A stretch of 64,000 nucleotides of DNA from Camelus ferus (taxonomy: Eukaryota), in NCBI RefSeq assembly GCF_009834535.1, contig NC_045696.1, forward strand, positions 78,680,001-78,744,000. Reading direction: 5' to 3'. Below, piece by piece: positions 1 through 12,684 of this stretch. The notes below the pieces were generated by a model. It was not told where the DNA came from, ran no database searches, and saw only the letters and a program-made list of their open reading frames with translations. Within the stretch, counting starts at the first letter, position 1. The number at the start of each line of letters is the position of its first letter. A program made the position numbers and the translations under genes.

Positions 1-1218
1 TTCTACAATTTTTAAGAGGAATTTAATATTTTAAAGTTTATTTCTGGAGGCAAGCCTTTATTTCTTGTGAATACCATTTCATTCATAGAAATATATGAGA
101 TGTCTTAAGAACCACTGGTATTTCAATTGTAAATATTAAGGAAAGTTGCATTACAAGGCAGACAGGTAATCCTGAGGCCCAGCAGAGCAATAATGATTAA
201 CAACACACTCTAGAGGGAATATAAATTTTAAAACTATCACTCATAAAAATCCATGTTCCAAAGGTTACAAAACAGAATCAAGTTTACCAAAAAGCAAATA
301 AATCATTTTGTTTTGGGTTTCCTTGTTCCATCTCCAATTTTTAAATAATCAGCATCATCTCCCCAGAGCACATAAACTATACTTACTTGCAAATGAACTA
401 CAGAAAAAGTTCTAAAATCCCTACAGTGAACTCTCTCACTGGATCCTGCTCCTAGTAACGTCCATTCCCAGTGTTTATTCAAATTTATTTTTAAAAAGAG
501 AAAGGAGACTTTAGGGAGGTGTCCGTTACATGGATTTTATTTGTTGATGATAATGATGATGCACAGTCCTTTTCACAAGATCACATGAGTTAGAGAATAA
601 CCCCACCATCATTCTTGCACTGATCAGAACTCTTTTTGACTACTGATCTCAATTCTGGATTCTAAACTAAGAGAAAACTAAAATAATCCAAAAAAAAAAA
701 AATAATAAAAGCAGAAAGTCATGGAAATAATGACATCAATAAATAGGTTTCTTTTTATTGATGCTAGTAAGAACTAGATGATTTCATGATAGCTCATTCA
801 TTTTAATGCTTTTTAATACCCATAATTTGACATCTTTTTTTTCAGGTTGCATGAACAATGTAAGTCAGTGTGCTTAACCTCAATAAACTGCTTCAGCAAA
901 TAAGTTTCACAAAATAAGGTGATTATACAAGAGATGAATCAATTGTCCGTTCAATATTTTAAAAGTCACATTTCCTACTTTGTATGTTTGTGACATGTTA
1001 CATTTTATATTAGGCTATTCCTAATGCTAAGCATTCTATGGGAATTTAAAATCTAAATGAAAAGGAAAAGACTAATACATGAAACAGGAGTCATATTTAA
1101 ATCAGTACTATTGATGTGCTTAGGAAAACCTAGTTAAGAAAAGTAATCTTTCCTGCAGAGAAAGTAAGAACCATGGAGCTGGAATAAGCTTCATGTTTGT
1201 ATTTAGATCTGCCTACTT

Positions 1219-1447
1219 CAAAGATTGGCTAACTTTTTTTCTGTAAAGGTCCAGATAATAAAGATTTTTGACTTTGCTGGACATACGGTCTCTGTTGCAG
1301 CTATTCAGTTTTGCTGCTGCAATGTGAAGCAGCCACAGGCAATATGTAAACAAATGTGCATGGCTGTGTATGTTCCAATAAAACTTTATTTATGAAAACA
1401 GCTGGACGACCAGATGTGGCCTGCGGGACGTAACTTGACAAGTCCTC
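1219..1447 (-). mobile_element. MER58A-like hAT-Charlie MITE
   Basis: Matches recalled MER58A consensus throughout (TTTTCTGTAAAGGtCCAGATA...GGTCTCTGTtGCAgCTA...TTCCAATAAAACTTTATTTA...TGGCCtGCGGG); about 230 bp. Confidence 0.85.
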
Positions 1448-2191
1448 AGTCTAGTTCATCATTTTGAGAAGTTATGCGTTCCATTTTCAATATGAAAAAG
1501 AAAGCAAGAAAGGGACTAAGGCCAGGTGGAATTTTTATAGATACACTCTGAAATCCGAGAACATCAAACACTTATATTTGAATATAATTTCAATAAAATA
1601 TGATGGATGTTTTTATCAGCCATAGTTCTACTTTATCCATGCAAATTCCTCCCTCCATTAGGACAGATTCTTTAGAATCTGCCAACTAGACAAAGCTCTT
1701 CCTAAGCTTCCTGCCATTGAATTTCCTTGGCAACTGAGATAGTTTTGACAAAACAGTCTGCACATCAAATTTTGACAATTAAAAGCTTAATTACATTTTT
1801 AAAATAAAAATTAAAGACCTTTTACTATCACACAGATGTGTCCCAATTTTCTACCTCTTTCCTAGAAACCCAATATTTCACTCACTACATTAGAAAGTAG
1901 AACAGAACAAAATTATTAAATACCAGTACCCTTAAGCATCATGAAAACTTCCTTTCCCGCCATCCTACATCATGAAATGTATCACAACACATTCAAAATT
2001 CTTAACAGAAACATTAATAATTAGAATATGGCTCTCTGTTATTTCATTGATAAAACACTAACAAAAAGCTCAGTGTTAAAAAATGCAATTGGTAATCACT
2101 AGCTAGTCATTTAAAAATTCAACTTGCTAAAACTTCTCTAATGTTGTTTCCCATAGAAAAGGTATAAAAAAGTAAACATGATCATTATCAA

Positions 2192-2432
2192 AAGTAATAA
2201 TAGCTAATAAATACTGGTTAATTATTATATGCCAAGCAACATATCATATTGTACATTTATTAAATCATTTAAGAGGCAAAGCAATCCTATATAATGCAGG
2301 TATTATTATTGCTCTCATTATACAATGATGAAGAAACTGTGCCACAGAGATGTTATATTGTTTGTCCAAAGTCACACAGCTATTAAGTAGCAGAGCTAGG
2401 ATTTGAAAGCAGGTGTTTTAGGCTCCAAATGC
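2192..2432 (-). mobile_element. MIR SINE
   Basis: Reverse MIR core: gaagaaactgtgccacagagatgtt...ccaaagtcacacagcta...gcagagctaggatttgaa. Confidence 0.8.
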
Positions 2433-2667
2433 TACTGAGATCAAGGACATCATCCAGTGTCTGCACAGAGCCACTATGCCCTACACTGTCTGGGAAAGGT
2501 AGCCACTGGCTGAAATAAGAGCTGCAGGTGAATGCAGAGAAGTACAAGCCACAAGCAGTAGAAAATGGGTTGCGGGGAGCTTGTGAAAGCTTACGACTGG
2601 AGACCCGAAAGTCATTTATTCAACAAAAGCTGCAAGTCAGTCATCCTACTTACAAACACATTTATTT

Positions 2668-2878
2668 TAGGCTTTGGAATCAGATCAGCCTGTTTAAATC
2701 CTAGAACCACTACTTATTAGGTACTTTCTGATTACTTGCTTAACATTTATGAAACTCAGAATTCTCTTATATGAGGATAACAATCAGCATTGTTTTTAGG
2801 GGATGTTATGAAGATTTAAATGAGCTCGTGAGGGCCTGAACTATAGTGGGTCCCCTCAGAATGGTAGCTGCTATTATT
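2668..2878 (+). mobile_element. MIR SINE (degenerate)
   Basis: gctttggaatcagatcagcctgtttaaatcct...acttatta...gaagatttaaatgag...tagctgctattatt tail. Confidence 0.7.
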
Positions 2879-3160
2879 CAGGGTTTTTGTTTTGTTTTTA
2901 ATTACAAAAGTGTCAAATAGTATATTAAAAGATGACAGATATCTGATAAAAAGTTTAAAATGTATCCAATCATTTGAGTGGCTTGTCTATATCACTTTGG
3001 GCTTCTCAAAACTGACTGCTTGTATATCATGTGTTAAACCTTATTAGGGAAAAACTCAGTTGTGATCAGTCATAAAGACAAACCCTCAAGAAGAGTGGCT
3101 GCATTTTTCACTTTCATCTGAAGATATTGCATGTAGACAACTATTAAGACATTATCGCAC

Positions 3161-3280
3161 GGGGGAGGGTATAGCCCAGTGGTAGGGTGTGTGCTTAGAA
3201 TACACAAGCTCCTGGGTCCAATCCCCAGTACCTCCGTTACTAAATAAATAAATAAGTAAACCTAATTATCACCCCCCAAA
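3161..3280 (+). mobile_element. Camelid tRNA-derived SINE (Vic-1-like)
   Basis: GGGGGAGGGTATAGCCCAGTGGTAG (A box) ... GGGTCCAATCCCCAGTACCTCC (B box), AAAT tail, and a degenerate 14-bp TSD: aagacattatcgca (3146-3159) / aggacattactgca (3281-3294). Confidence 0.85.
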
Positions 3281-3819
3281 AGGACATTACTGCAATTCAC
3301 TGGGCTTCCTACCTTGTGCATACTTTGACAATCCTGTCAATCCTTAGCAAGACATATAGGGCCAGGCAGGCTGAACACCCCTTCCCACTGCCACCTGCTT
3401 ACTTCCAGTTTAAAGCCACTTCATGTATCCATTTTCCACTAAGCACCATAAAAATATTATCATTTTGTCACTGTCTTACGTGTGCCTTGATACACCAAAG
3501 ATAGAAAAGAACTGGATGCCATCTGATGTATTCATCATTAAATAAGGAGGTGGTGACAATTGTATTTTTTAATGTAGTTAAATCATGCTCCAGTAAAATT
3601 TTTAACATATGATGCTATTAATTATGTAACATTAGGAACAATCATAAAGAAGCAGATCATACTTCAAGAAGCTTTTGTTAATTCAAAAGAGAAAAAAAGA
3701 GAAAGACAGAGGTAGGCAAAAAAATGAAGAAATAAAGAAACCAGCCATATTCATAGAAATAAATTCTTTTTGTTTTGCAATTTTTTAAGAGAATTGTCCG
3801 AATAGGTATTTTTCTGACT

Positions 3820-4790
3820 ATCTGAATAGATATTTACACCAATGGCCAACAGGCACATAAAAAAATGCTCAATAACATTAATCATCAGGGAAATACAAAT
3901 CAAAATCACACTATCACTTCACACCTGTCTGAATGGCTATAATCAAAAAGACAACAAGTAACAAGTGAAGATGTAGAGAAAGGAGAACAAATACTTTTGT
4001 CTGGTTGATGGGAATATAAATTGGTGAAGCAACTATGGAAAACAGAATGGAGGTTCCACAAAAATTTTTAAGTAGAACTACCACATGATCCTGCAATTCC
4101 ACTTCTGTGTATTTATCTGAAGAAAATAAAAACACTAATTCCAAAAGATATATGCACCCCCATGTTCACAGCAGCACTATTTACAAAAGCCAAGACATGG
4201 AAACAATAGATGAATAGACATTAAAAAAAATGTTCTATATATCTATACACAATACACATACAGAGAAATGTTTTTCAGCCAAAAAAAGAAGGAAATCTTG
4301 TCATTTGCAACAACATGGATGGAGCTTAAGGGTATTATGCTAAGTGAAATAAGTCAAGCAGAGAAAGACACGTACCACATGTTTTCACTTACATGTGGAA
4401 TCTATAAACAGATACATAACATGCAAACAAACAAAAAAAAAATGGAGCTCACGTTTACTATAGAAAACATATTGGTGGTTGCCTGAGGTGGGAGCAGGAG
4501 TGGACAAGCCGATGCTGGGAGTTAAAAAGGTACAAATTTCCAGTTATAATAAGTAAGTCATGGGGATGTATGCACAGCATGGTGACTACAGTAAATAACA
4601 CTGTATTGTATATTTGAAACTAGCTAGGAGAGTGGCCCTTGAAAGTTCTCACAAGGGAAAAAAAATTAACTTTGTATGGTGAATGGATGTTAACTGGACT
4701 TTTTTTTTGTGGTGGTCATTTTGCAATACATACACATATGGAATCATGAAACTGACACCTGAAACTAATATTATGTCAATTGTATCTCAG
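3820..4790 (+). mobile_element. L1 3' fragment (ORF2 C-terminus and 3' UTR, L1MA9-like)
   Basis: Translation EILSFATTWMELKGIMLSEISQAEK matches the L1 ORF2-end/3' region; 3' UTR gtcatggggatgta...gcatggtgactacagtaaataacactgtattgtatatttgaaa. Confidence 0.9.
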
Positions 4791-5546
4791 AGAGACAGAG
4801 AGAGAATAAGTATCTATTGTATTTGTTCTACTCTGTTCAAACTGAATTTTAAAAAGAGGAAAAAAGCAAAAATGTTACAGATCATATGATTACAGTTGCT
4901 AAAACAATAAGACACATAATTAGCTTGTTATGTTTAAGCACAAGTTGGCAATGACCTGGCAATATAAGAATCACGAAGTCATAAATAAGGAAAAAGACAT
5001 TTTCCTACAAATGAGATAAACAGGCATTTTGAAGCCGCAAGTGGGCTAAAGTTAACGTGACGAGTTCCAACAGGCAGCAAAATCCCAAGAGAAAGAACTT
5101 ATCTTTCCTCTGTTTTCAATTCACCCAGCTAGTACTGAGCAGCTATTTTTCATGTCTCTCCATTGTTTTCTCCCTGTCTTAGGTTCTGTTTATAAAACTT
5201 AAGCCATCTATTACATATTTGTTACAGGAAAGCTTTAACAAAGTACATTTGGTTAAGAGATGTAGACAAAAATTTCAGAATACTCCAACAGGTGACTATC
5301 ATTGATACCACTTTTATAGAGGATTTTTTTATGTGAATTAAGCCAAAATTATACTGAAATGACAGAATATGAGTTATGATTATAAAAATTTGAAATTATT
5401 AAGTACAACCAGATTCTATGTCTATAAATGATGTGTTTTCCTGACGGAAGACTACACCGATTCCAATGGTACTGCCACTGTTTAAGCATTTTTAATGAAA
5501 CAAGTGATAGTTCGTTAAACATCAGTCTCACATGTAACAAGGTTAC

Positions 5547-6070
5547 ATTACTAAGTCAGGTCCCTTTCCCTGAAGAGCAGCAAGCTACTCACTGAGATGC
5601 CTAGGTTTGCAGCAAAGGAAAGGTTTATTCACGAAGTGGCCAAGCGAGGACATAACAGAGCAAAGCTCAAATCCACCTCCCGGAAGGCGAGGGGTCTTGG
5701 GATATTTATGGGATAGAGCTGAGGCGTGGGGAGCATGGGGGAAAGTGAACAGAGAGAAGAAAAAGGTCAGGTAATTGTTAGGTTGGCGTTTGGGGCCCTC
5801 TGATGTTAAAAGGTCACCAATCGGACGTTCGTACATGCCCAGTGGGAGGGTTAGTGGTCCTGACCAGTCTTAACCAGCTTTAGCTACAATTAGTCACAGC
5901 TGACTCCAAGCTCGTGGACAGCACCTTGGGCAAACATCTCATTGTTTAGGCTATGTGATGCTTGGGGGACATGCAAGCCTTTTATAGCAACAATTAAAGT
6001 GAGCTTGACCAGCGAAGGCAGGTTACAGGTGTAATGAACTTAACTGATGATGACCCTCAGTTTCAGTTCA
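5547..6070 (-). mobile_element. Solo ERV (ERV1-like) LTR
   Basis: About 520-bp GC-richer island. On the minus strand it starts TGAACTGAAACTGAGG and has a TATA-like CCCATAAAT followed by GTGAATAAACCT (polyA signal), in LTR order. Confidence 0.7.
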
Positions 6071-6602
6071 GCATCTCTAAGTTCCTGGTTAGTGTTATAT
6101 GACCACCAAAAGAGTCTATTCAACCACTGGCTGTATTAATATGGGAACAAACTAGAGGACACATAAGATAATGATTCCATTGCACCCAGTGGGACATACA
6201 GACACCATTGTGTGTGGCATTTCTTTGAAAGGGATATTGAAAACAGGAAGGTAAGAAAAGGGCAATGAAAGAAAGATAGGAAGCACAAAAAACTAACAAC
6301 CCACACAAACACACACACAAAAACAAAAGTAAAAAACACCTTTCATTCATTCATTTACTCATTTCGACAACTTTGCTAAGGGTTAACCCTGATCTTAATT
6401 TTGAAGATTCTGAATGATCTTATCTTTCAGACTTATAAAAAAATTATTTACTTTGAAATGTTATTCTTATGTTAAATAATATAAAATCTGTATATTAAGC
6501 ATACTCTCCAAATGCTGGTTTAAGCCAGAATTATTGCTTCTAATAAAGCTCTCTTTAATGTTTTTTGTTTGATGTCCCTGTCTCATAGATGTGATGTGTG
6601 AA

Positions 6603-6676
6603 TGTGTGTGTGTGTGTGTCTCTGTGTGTGTGTGTGAGAGAGAGAGAGAGACAGAGACAGAGAGAGAGACAGAGAG
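6603..6676. repeat. Compound (TG)n(AG)n microsatellite
   Basis: Directly visible. Confidence 0.95.
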
Positions 6677-7069
6677 CTAGACACAAATACAAAGGGAGAG
6701 AGAAAACATGCTGACACAAATAAATTTTATCTTTGTAATATCAGAGCTTTTCCTACACTGGATAATTCAAATCACTGAGACTTTGCTTGCTAAAACCCAG
6801 AATACAAAGAGACTTATCATGTAAAGGCTGCCACTTCTGTTTTCTTAAAAAGTTGACCAGGCTCTGGTCTTTGAAAGGGAAACTGGGACAACCATGTGTT
6901 CAGTGCAATTAGACTAGATCTGAACTTCCTTGTGGTATACCTGTCCTCTCCGTCACACACCAATTTGCTGCAGAATAGGTAAGAGGAAGAGGGCTGGGCT
7001 GGAGGATCACACTTATAAAGGCCCATAAACAAGAGAAAGCATAAATGTCGAAGGAATTCAATCTGACTA

Positions 7070-7490
7070 TAGCATGGAATATGAAGAGGAATGACAAGAG
7101 ATAAAGCTAGACCTGTAACCAAAGACCAGATAATAAAGGGCCTTGCAGGTCATGTTAAGGTGATTAGATTTTATTCTAAGGTTAATGGAGAATCCTCGAA
7201 AGATCTGAAGTAGGGCTGTGATTTACTTTATAGTTAGGTCATTCCTCTGTCTCAAGTGTGAAGAATGGTTTTGGAAAGATTAAAAGCAAAGACAATGCTT
7301 CCAAACTGGAAACAGTGTCACTGATCAGATGAAAGATGAAGGTGGATTCAACCAGAATAGTTGAGATGGATGTCACCTAGTGGAGATGAATGTCACCTAG
7401 TGGAGATGGATGTCAAGTGAATAGAAATTAAAGCTATTAAGGAGGTAGCATTAACTGAACTTGTTAATTAACTGGTTTTGGGGAGTAAGG
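7070..7490 (-). mobile_element. L2 LINE fragment
   Basis: Purine-rich L2 antisense motif gggccttgcaggtcatgttaagg...gattttattctaagg. Confidence 0.7.
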
Positions 7491-7734
7491 ACAGTACAAC
7501 ACACCAGGTAGAAACACAAGACTTAGACGTTGAAAGGAGAGAGAGAGATGTTCTCTAAACAGCCTTTTCTCATCCAAACTGTCAACCTTGGGCCTGGTTT
7601 ACATGTAGATGGGTTTAAAAAGATGGGAATCAAAAATATTTTTAAATAGCATTTTCCATTTAAAAAAAATACACCTAAACTACATTACAATTAGTGTCTT
7701 ATTTTTAAAGACAAAACTTTAAATGAGAGATCCT

Positions 7735-8126
7735 AAAGCAATTTGTTCTTTAGTAGTTGATATGCCAAATAGTGTTGGACCAGAGACTGGTTTTTAAAAA
7801 TTGTTTGCCAAACTTCAAAAATAAGGAAATTATATACACACACACAGACACAGACACAGACACACACACACACACACAGATTTTCAGCTTCTCTATATAA
7901 CTGAAAGGTTTGGCAACTCTGGGACATCATACCAACACAGTAAAAATTGAATGAAGTTGGTTAGCGACTACTGTCCTTTAATAGAACACATATCCTCCAA
8001 GTACCTAGAGTCCCCACAACTCCCTACTTCCTCACCAGCACGGAGGCCTTGTGTTAGTTACCAGAGATCATTTTTACACTTCATTCATCTATTTTACCTA
8101 CATGGCCTCTAACATTTGAGTTTGAG
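7735..8126. mobile_element. MER102-like hAT-Charlie element with an internal (CA)n tract (about 7835-7879)
   Basis: gattttcagcttctct...ggtttggcaactctggg...agtccccacaactcccta...catttgagtttg matches recalled MER102. Confidence 0.65.
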
Positions 8127-9854
8127 TAATTTTTTAATGACATTCTGGTCTCAGGAAGAAATCAGTGAGTGACAAAAAATATACCAGAAAGTTCTGAAAG
8201 AAACATGTACAAGGACATGAGCAAGTCAATGGAAAAATCATCTATTATACCATCAATTAAGGAACAATCACAAGGTATTTAGCTTGGTGCCATGCATCAC
8301 TAGATGCCAATTTGATCTTATAACCAAAGCAAACGTTTTCTCTTCAAAAAAGAAAAACAATTTTTAAAAGTTCAACTTGAATTGAAAACTTCTCAAAACT
8401 ATCAAAAGCAAAGTCAGCTATTCATTAGCTAAGTACCTCATCTAGGTTTTCTTCAAGTATAATTTTTTAAAACTGATTAAGAAAAAAAAGAATATAATAT
8501 CCAGGGCAAAGACAGAAACACTTGCCGCGTTATATTACCATTCCAGGAAAACATCCTAATATGTATATCAACACTATTTTATATTAAATCTAATAAGCAA
8601 GTACAATTATAATTCTAAGAATATGACCAGGAACTGCTAGGATAACTGTTTTAGAAGTACTGCAATTAAAGATGAACATATACAATACCTTCTCTTGGTG
8701 AAAGAAAGTTTCACTGTCATAGACAAGGAGTCCCTTACATAACATTTAACAGTCAGTAGAAGATACAGAAATAGCAACCATGACCCCTAAGAAACTCTAT
8801 AAATCCAAGTCTTAATCAGAATATGAAATTTTGTTCATCTTCTCTAATAATAACATAGAAAACAAAATAAAAATTAGTCTTCAGGTTGGAAAAAACTTCA
8901 CATCACAATCTACACTGAAAGTATATGTATTTTACTACAGGAAAATCACATTCATTTAAAAATTAATTTTAGAATTAACTATAGCAAAGGAGCTTTCAAA
9001 ATTAATTCATACATATTTTAATAACCTAACAAATAATTTTAAAGTCACAATAGTATTGTTACTTATCAGGCTTTCAAATTCATTCATTTCTTGATTTTTG
9101 CTCAAATTTCATGAAGAAATTTCTATAATTTGGATATATAACAACATTATAGAAATGACTTAAGCTTAAATTTTTCTCCTCATTAATCATTAAAACAACC
9201 TTTCATAATTTTCTCCTAACTTTGATAGAGTGAAAAATGTGTAGACCTTCAGCAAATACAGAACTATATCATAGGGGTTGTTCCAAAACTATACATACCC
9301 ATGATTTTAAGCAAAGGTAATAAAAAAAAATGAATCACTTTTATTAGATAACAGTATACTAATTAATTTTTATCATCTTATTAATGAATAATTTCATAGG
9401 AAGCCTTTCAAATTAATCCAAATGAATTCTACTAAAGTATATATTCAGTGAGACAGTTTTCCTAGGGCAACTATGAGAAATGAGTTTTCAGTTCCAGTCA
9501 GTTCATAAAGGCCTCGTGGGCTCTTTCAAAAACAACTCTTAGTAAAATAGAATTATCAGGTAGAATTGAAGTATGCAAACAAAAATTGAACTACTGTGTA
9601 CTAATGTTTAAGTAGTAATTTCCTTTCCCCCAGCAGGGGAAAAAGTATCTCAGGGCAGGTAGCATTGCCTTTCATATATACAGTGGTGAATCAAATAGAA
9701 GGATGTATAACTGATACCTGAATACACACTGTACTGTGATTAAATGCCATTAACTAAATAAAAATAAGATTGCTCCCAGAATACTAACAAGAAGTGAAAG
9801 GGGAAAAATATGTCAATACTTCAGACGTACTTGCTCCTGGAATATAATACTTAC

Positions 9855-9861
9855 AGCTCCA
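9855..9861 (-). other. Candidate 7-nt microexon (TGGAGCT)
   Basis: Minus strand: catactgccttcctttgttttctcttag|TGGAGCT|gtaagtat. Motif evidence only. Confidence 0.3.
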
Positions 9862-10544
9862 CTAAGAGAAAACAAAGGAAGGCAGTATGGAAAGTGTGAC
9901 CACTAAAATGTATTTTTTTTTGCCAATGTTGTAGATTAGTATGAAAATTGACAATAAATGTTCTATGGTATTCTAGTAGCAAAAGACCTTCTTGGCTCAA
10001 TCTTCCATTTTTATTTCCATTCACATTGTCAGCTACCTCTGCTCTCATCTCCTACTCTATAATTTCTTTCCTCTCATTTCTTTGATCTTTTGCCCATGGT
10101 TAATGTCTTTTGTTATCTAAGACTAGTTTTAGAACTTAACCAAAAAGGGTTCTTTCCTTTTTCTAGGCATTGTATTGGGACAATTTCAAACTAGTCTCAT
10201 GCTACCTTAATCCACCACTGCCAGTTATGTTCCCCAAACACTAATTTCATCACTAAACACAATTCTATTCAATTTAAACTCTACTCCACAGCCTTTAAGG
10301 TTTTTCTCCAATTGTTATTTCTCTGATTCCAACCAGTTACTTCTTCAAAAGGTTTCTCTACTTTGGTCAAACAATTATTTGTTCTATAAAAATTCATCAC
10401 ATACCTATAATATTTATCAATATAGTACCTGATATAAAAGCTGCCCCATTCAAAGGATTATAGCCCACCACAGTGACAAATAAGCATTGTAAAATGTGCT
10501 AACTGCTAATTATAATGCAAACACATACTAAGAGCTGTAATGTA

Positions 10545-10730
10545 ATTAACTTAGTAGTTACTATTTGCCCAGCTCTGTGCAAAAGGCTTTAGATGCACCA
10601 TTTCATTTTATCCTCAAGGTAGGTTCATTTTATCCCCATTTTTAAAGACTGAGAAAAATGAAGCTTGTTCAAGAACACATAACCAGTATGTGGTGGAACA
10701 GAATTTGAAGCAATATTTGACTCTGAACCT
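10545..10730 (-). mobile_element. MIR SINE
   Basis: catttcattttatcctca...tatccccatttt...gagaaaaatgaagct...cagaatttgaa. Confidence 0.7.
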
Positions 10731-12684
10731 ACATTTTTAAAAGTTACAAGTTATAAAATAAGAGTAAGTAGGAACCCAACAGAAGAGGGCTATGCTTTGC
10801 TTTTACTGTGTTTATATCATCTCCTATGACTGAGAGCCTTATATTCTTCCCCACCTGGTAACATTTTCTGAAATGCTCTTTCCTTGCATTTAGCATTTAT
10901 TCCAAATTCACCTCATGATGCCTTCCTGATTAATACTGCTTCATTCTGCTTGCTCCCTTAGAGTCATTGCTTTCTTTCTGACATCTATTTAGAGTATTAC
11001 ATTTGAACTAATTTGTAAGCATTCTTTATATTCTATGGCTTCAACTAGATATTAATATCCTTGGAAGCACTAGCTTCCAAGCACTAGGTACACTAGCTTC
11101 ATGGTACCTAGTATAGTAATTTACAAATGATGACATATAATTCTTTTGGGAGCAAAAATTAATAAAAGGTAATATTCCTCAGTAAAAAGAAGTACTGTTA
11201 TTTTCCAAATTGACTTTATTCTTTCCAACAGTTAATAATAAAACATACATACAATCAAAGAAAAATATAAGAACATGTATACAATTTGGAAGAAACAGTA
11301 AGCAATAACATGGAAGCAAACATATTCTTTTATGAAAAAAGAGCCCACCCCAAATTTGAAATAGGACAAATGATACATAGATACTTGGATCTATTCATGT
11401 GTATAATTCATTTTAATTTCCCTAAAAAAAAAATTAATAATTATCTAGTAACTAATCAATTACACCAATAGTCAAACAAGTAAAAGTGTAGATAATCATC
11501 AATTAAATCCATGGGCATAAATGAATATATGCATTTCATATTAGATGTCTTGAATTGGAAACTTTATATTGTAGTTGGTTAGATATTGCAGATATTTTTC
11601 ATATGGCTCTTTAAGTGATTGTCTCTTATGAAACTTGTATATTGGTAATTTATCATTACTCTTGCTCAGGACTATGATTAAGGCAGTAGCATCTGGAGTG
11701 CTCCACAGCCATCAAATCTCCTAGGAATAATATACATCTTCAATTTTGAAAATTAAAATAGAAATACAAAATTCAGACATATAGAGCATTATTTTATAAA
11801 AGTAGCGGGGTGAAAAATTCATTATCTTAACAGTAAGCAGCAGAAATTTAGAAACCATTGATGGTTCAGTTGGGGTGAAAGTAGGAACAGAGGGTCTAGT
11901 ACAGTAGGTTCCAAAACAGGTAAAGATGTGGCTAAATGTCTTTGTACTAGAAGTAATCAAAATTTCAAAGGTGGGTGGGTAGAGAGAAGAGTGCTGAGAA
12001 GGAGAAAAATTAGATGAAATAAGACATCAGCAAGACTCAATTAGGCATGGTGCTGAGGAAAGTGGTAAAATAAAAGTCTGATGTTGGGGTATAAAAAGGA
12101 CTTTTAAAAACAACAATGTCTCATATTTTATGTGAAACTGTTTGTATTACTACACTGCAGTGCTGTCCCTCCAAACCCAGATATTTAATAAAATGAATCT
12201 CATATGCCTTTTGTGAATGGGTTTTGTAAACAGAGATGTTTCACACCTGGGTCAACACAGTAGAGAATAAACTCTGGAAGCACAAGATGACAAGAGGATC
12301 TCTAAACTGAATTTTACTCAATGAAAACAAGAGCCTACAGAAAACAATACTGACAATATGAAACACCTCTTTCACCCCACCTCTGCAGCTGATCTTATCA
12401 ATATTTTTAAAAACTTTGAGGAATATTAAAATTTACATCAAATTAAACATATCAATTAAATAATTTTAAAACAAACAATAATTAAATATGTATTTATTAA
12501 AAATGAATACAATAATTAAATTGATGTGGCATTGGTGACCCATAAATAATAAGTTAATAGATAAATAAGCAAGTAGATACTTAGAATGAACAATCTAGAA
12601 GCAGATGAAGGTATATAAGACATCAGCGTATCACTGAAATTCAAGCTTATATTTTGGCCCTGGACATCTTTTTCAAAGATGCTG

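Noticed and set aside
3161..3235. tRNA gene
   Set aside because: tRNA-like head followed by a SINE tail and TSD, with a second diverged copy at 23646; it is a SINE.
4268..4486. 72-aa ORF
   Set aside because: It is the fossil L1 ORF2-end/3' region (ILSFATTWMEL motif), not a host gene.
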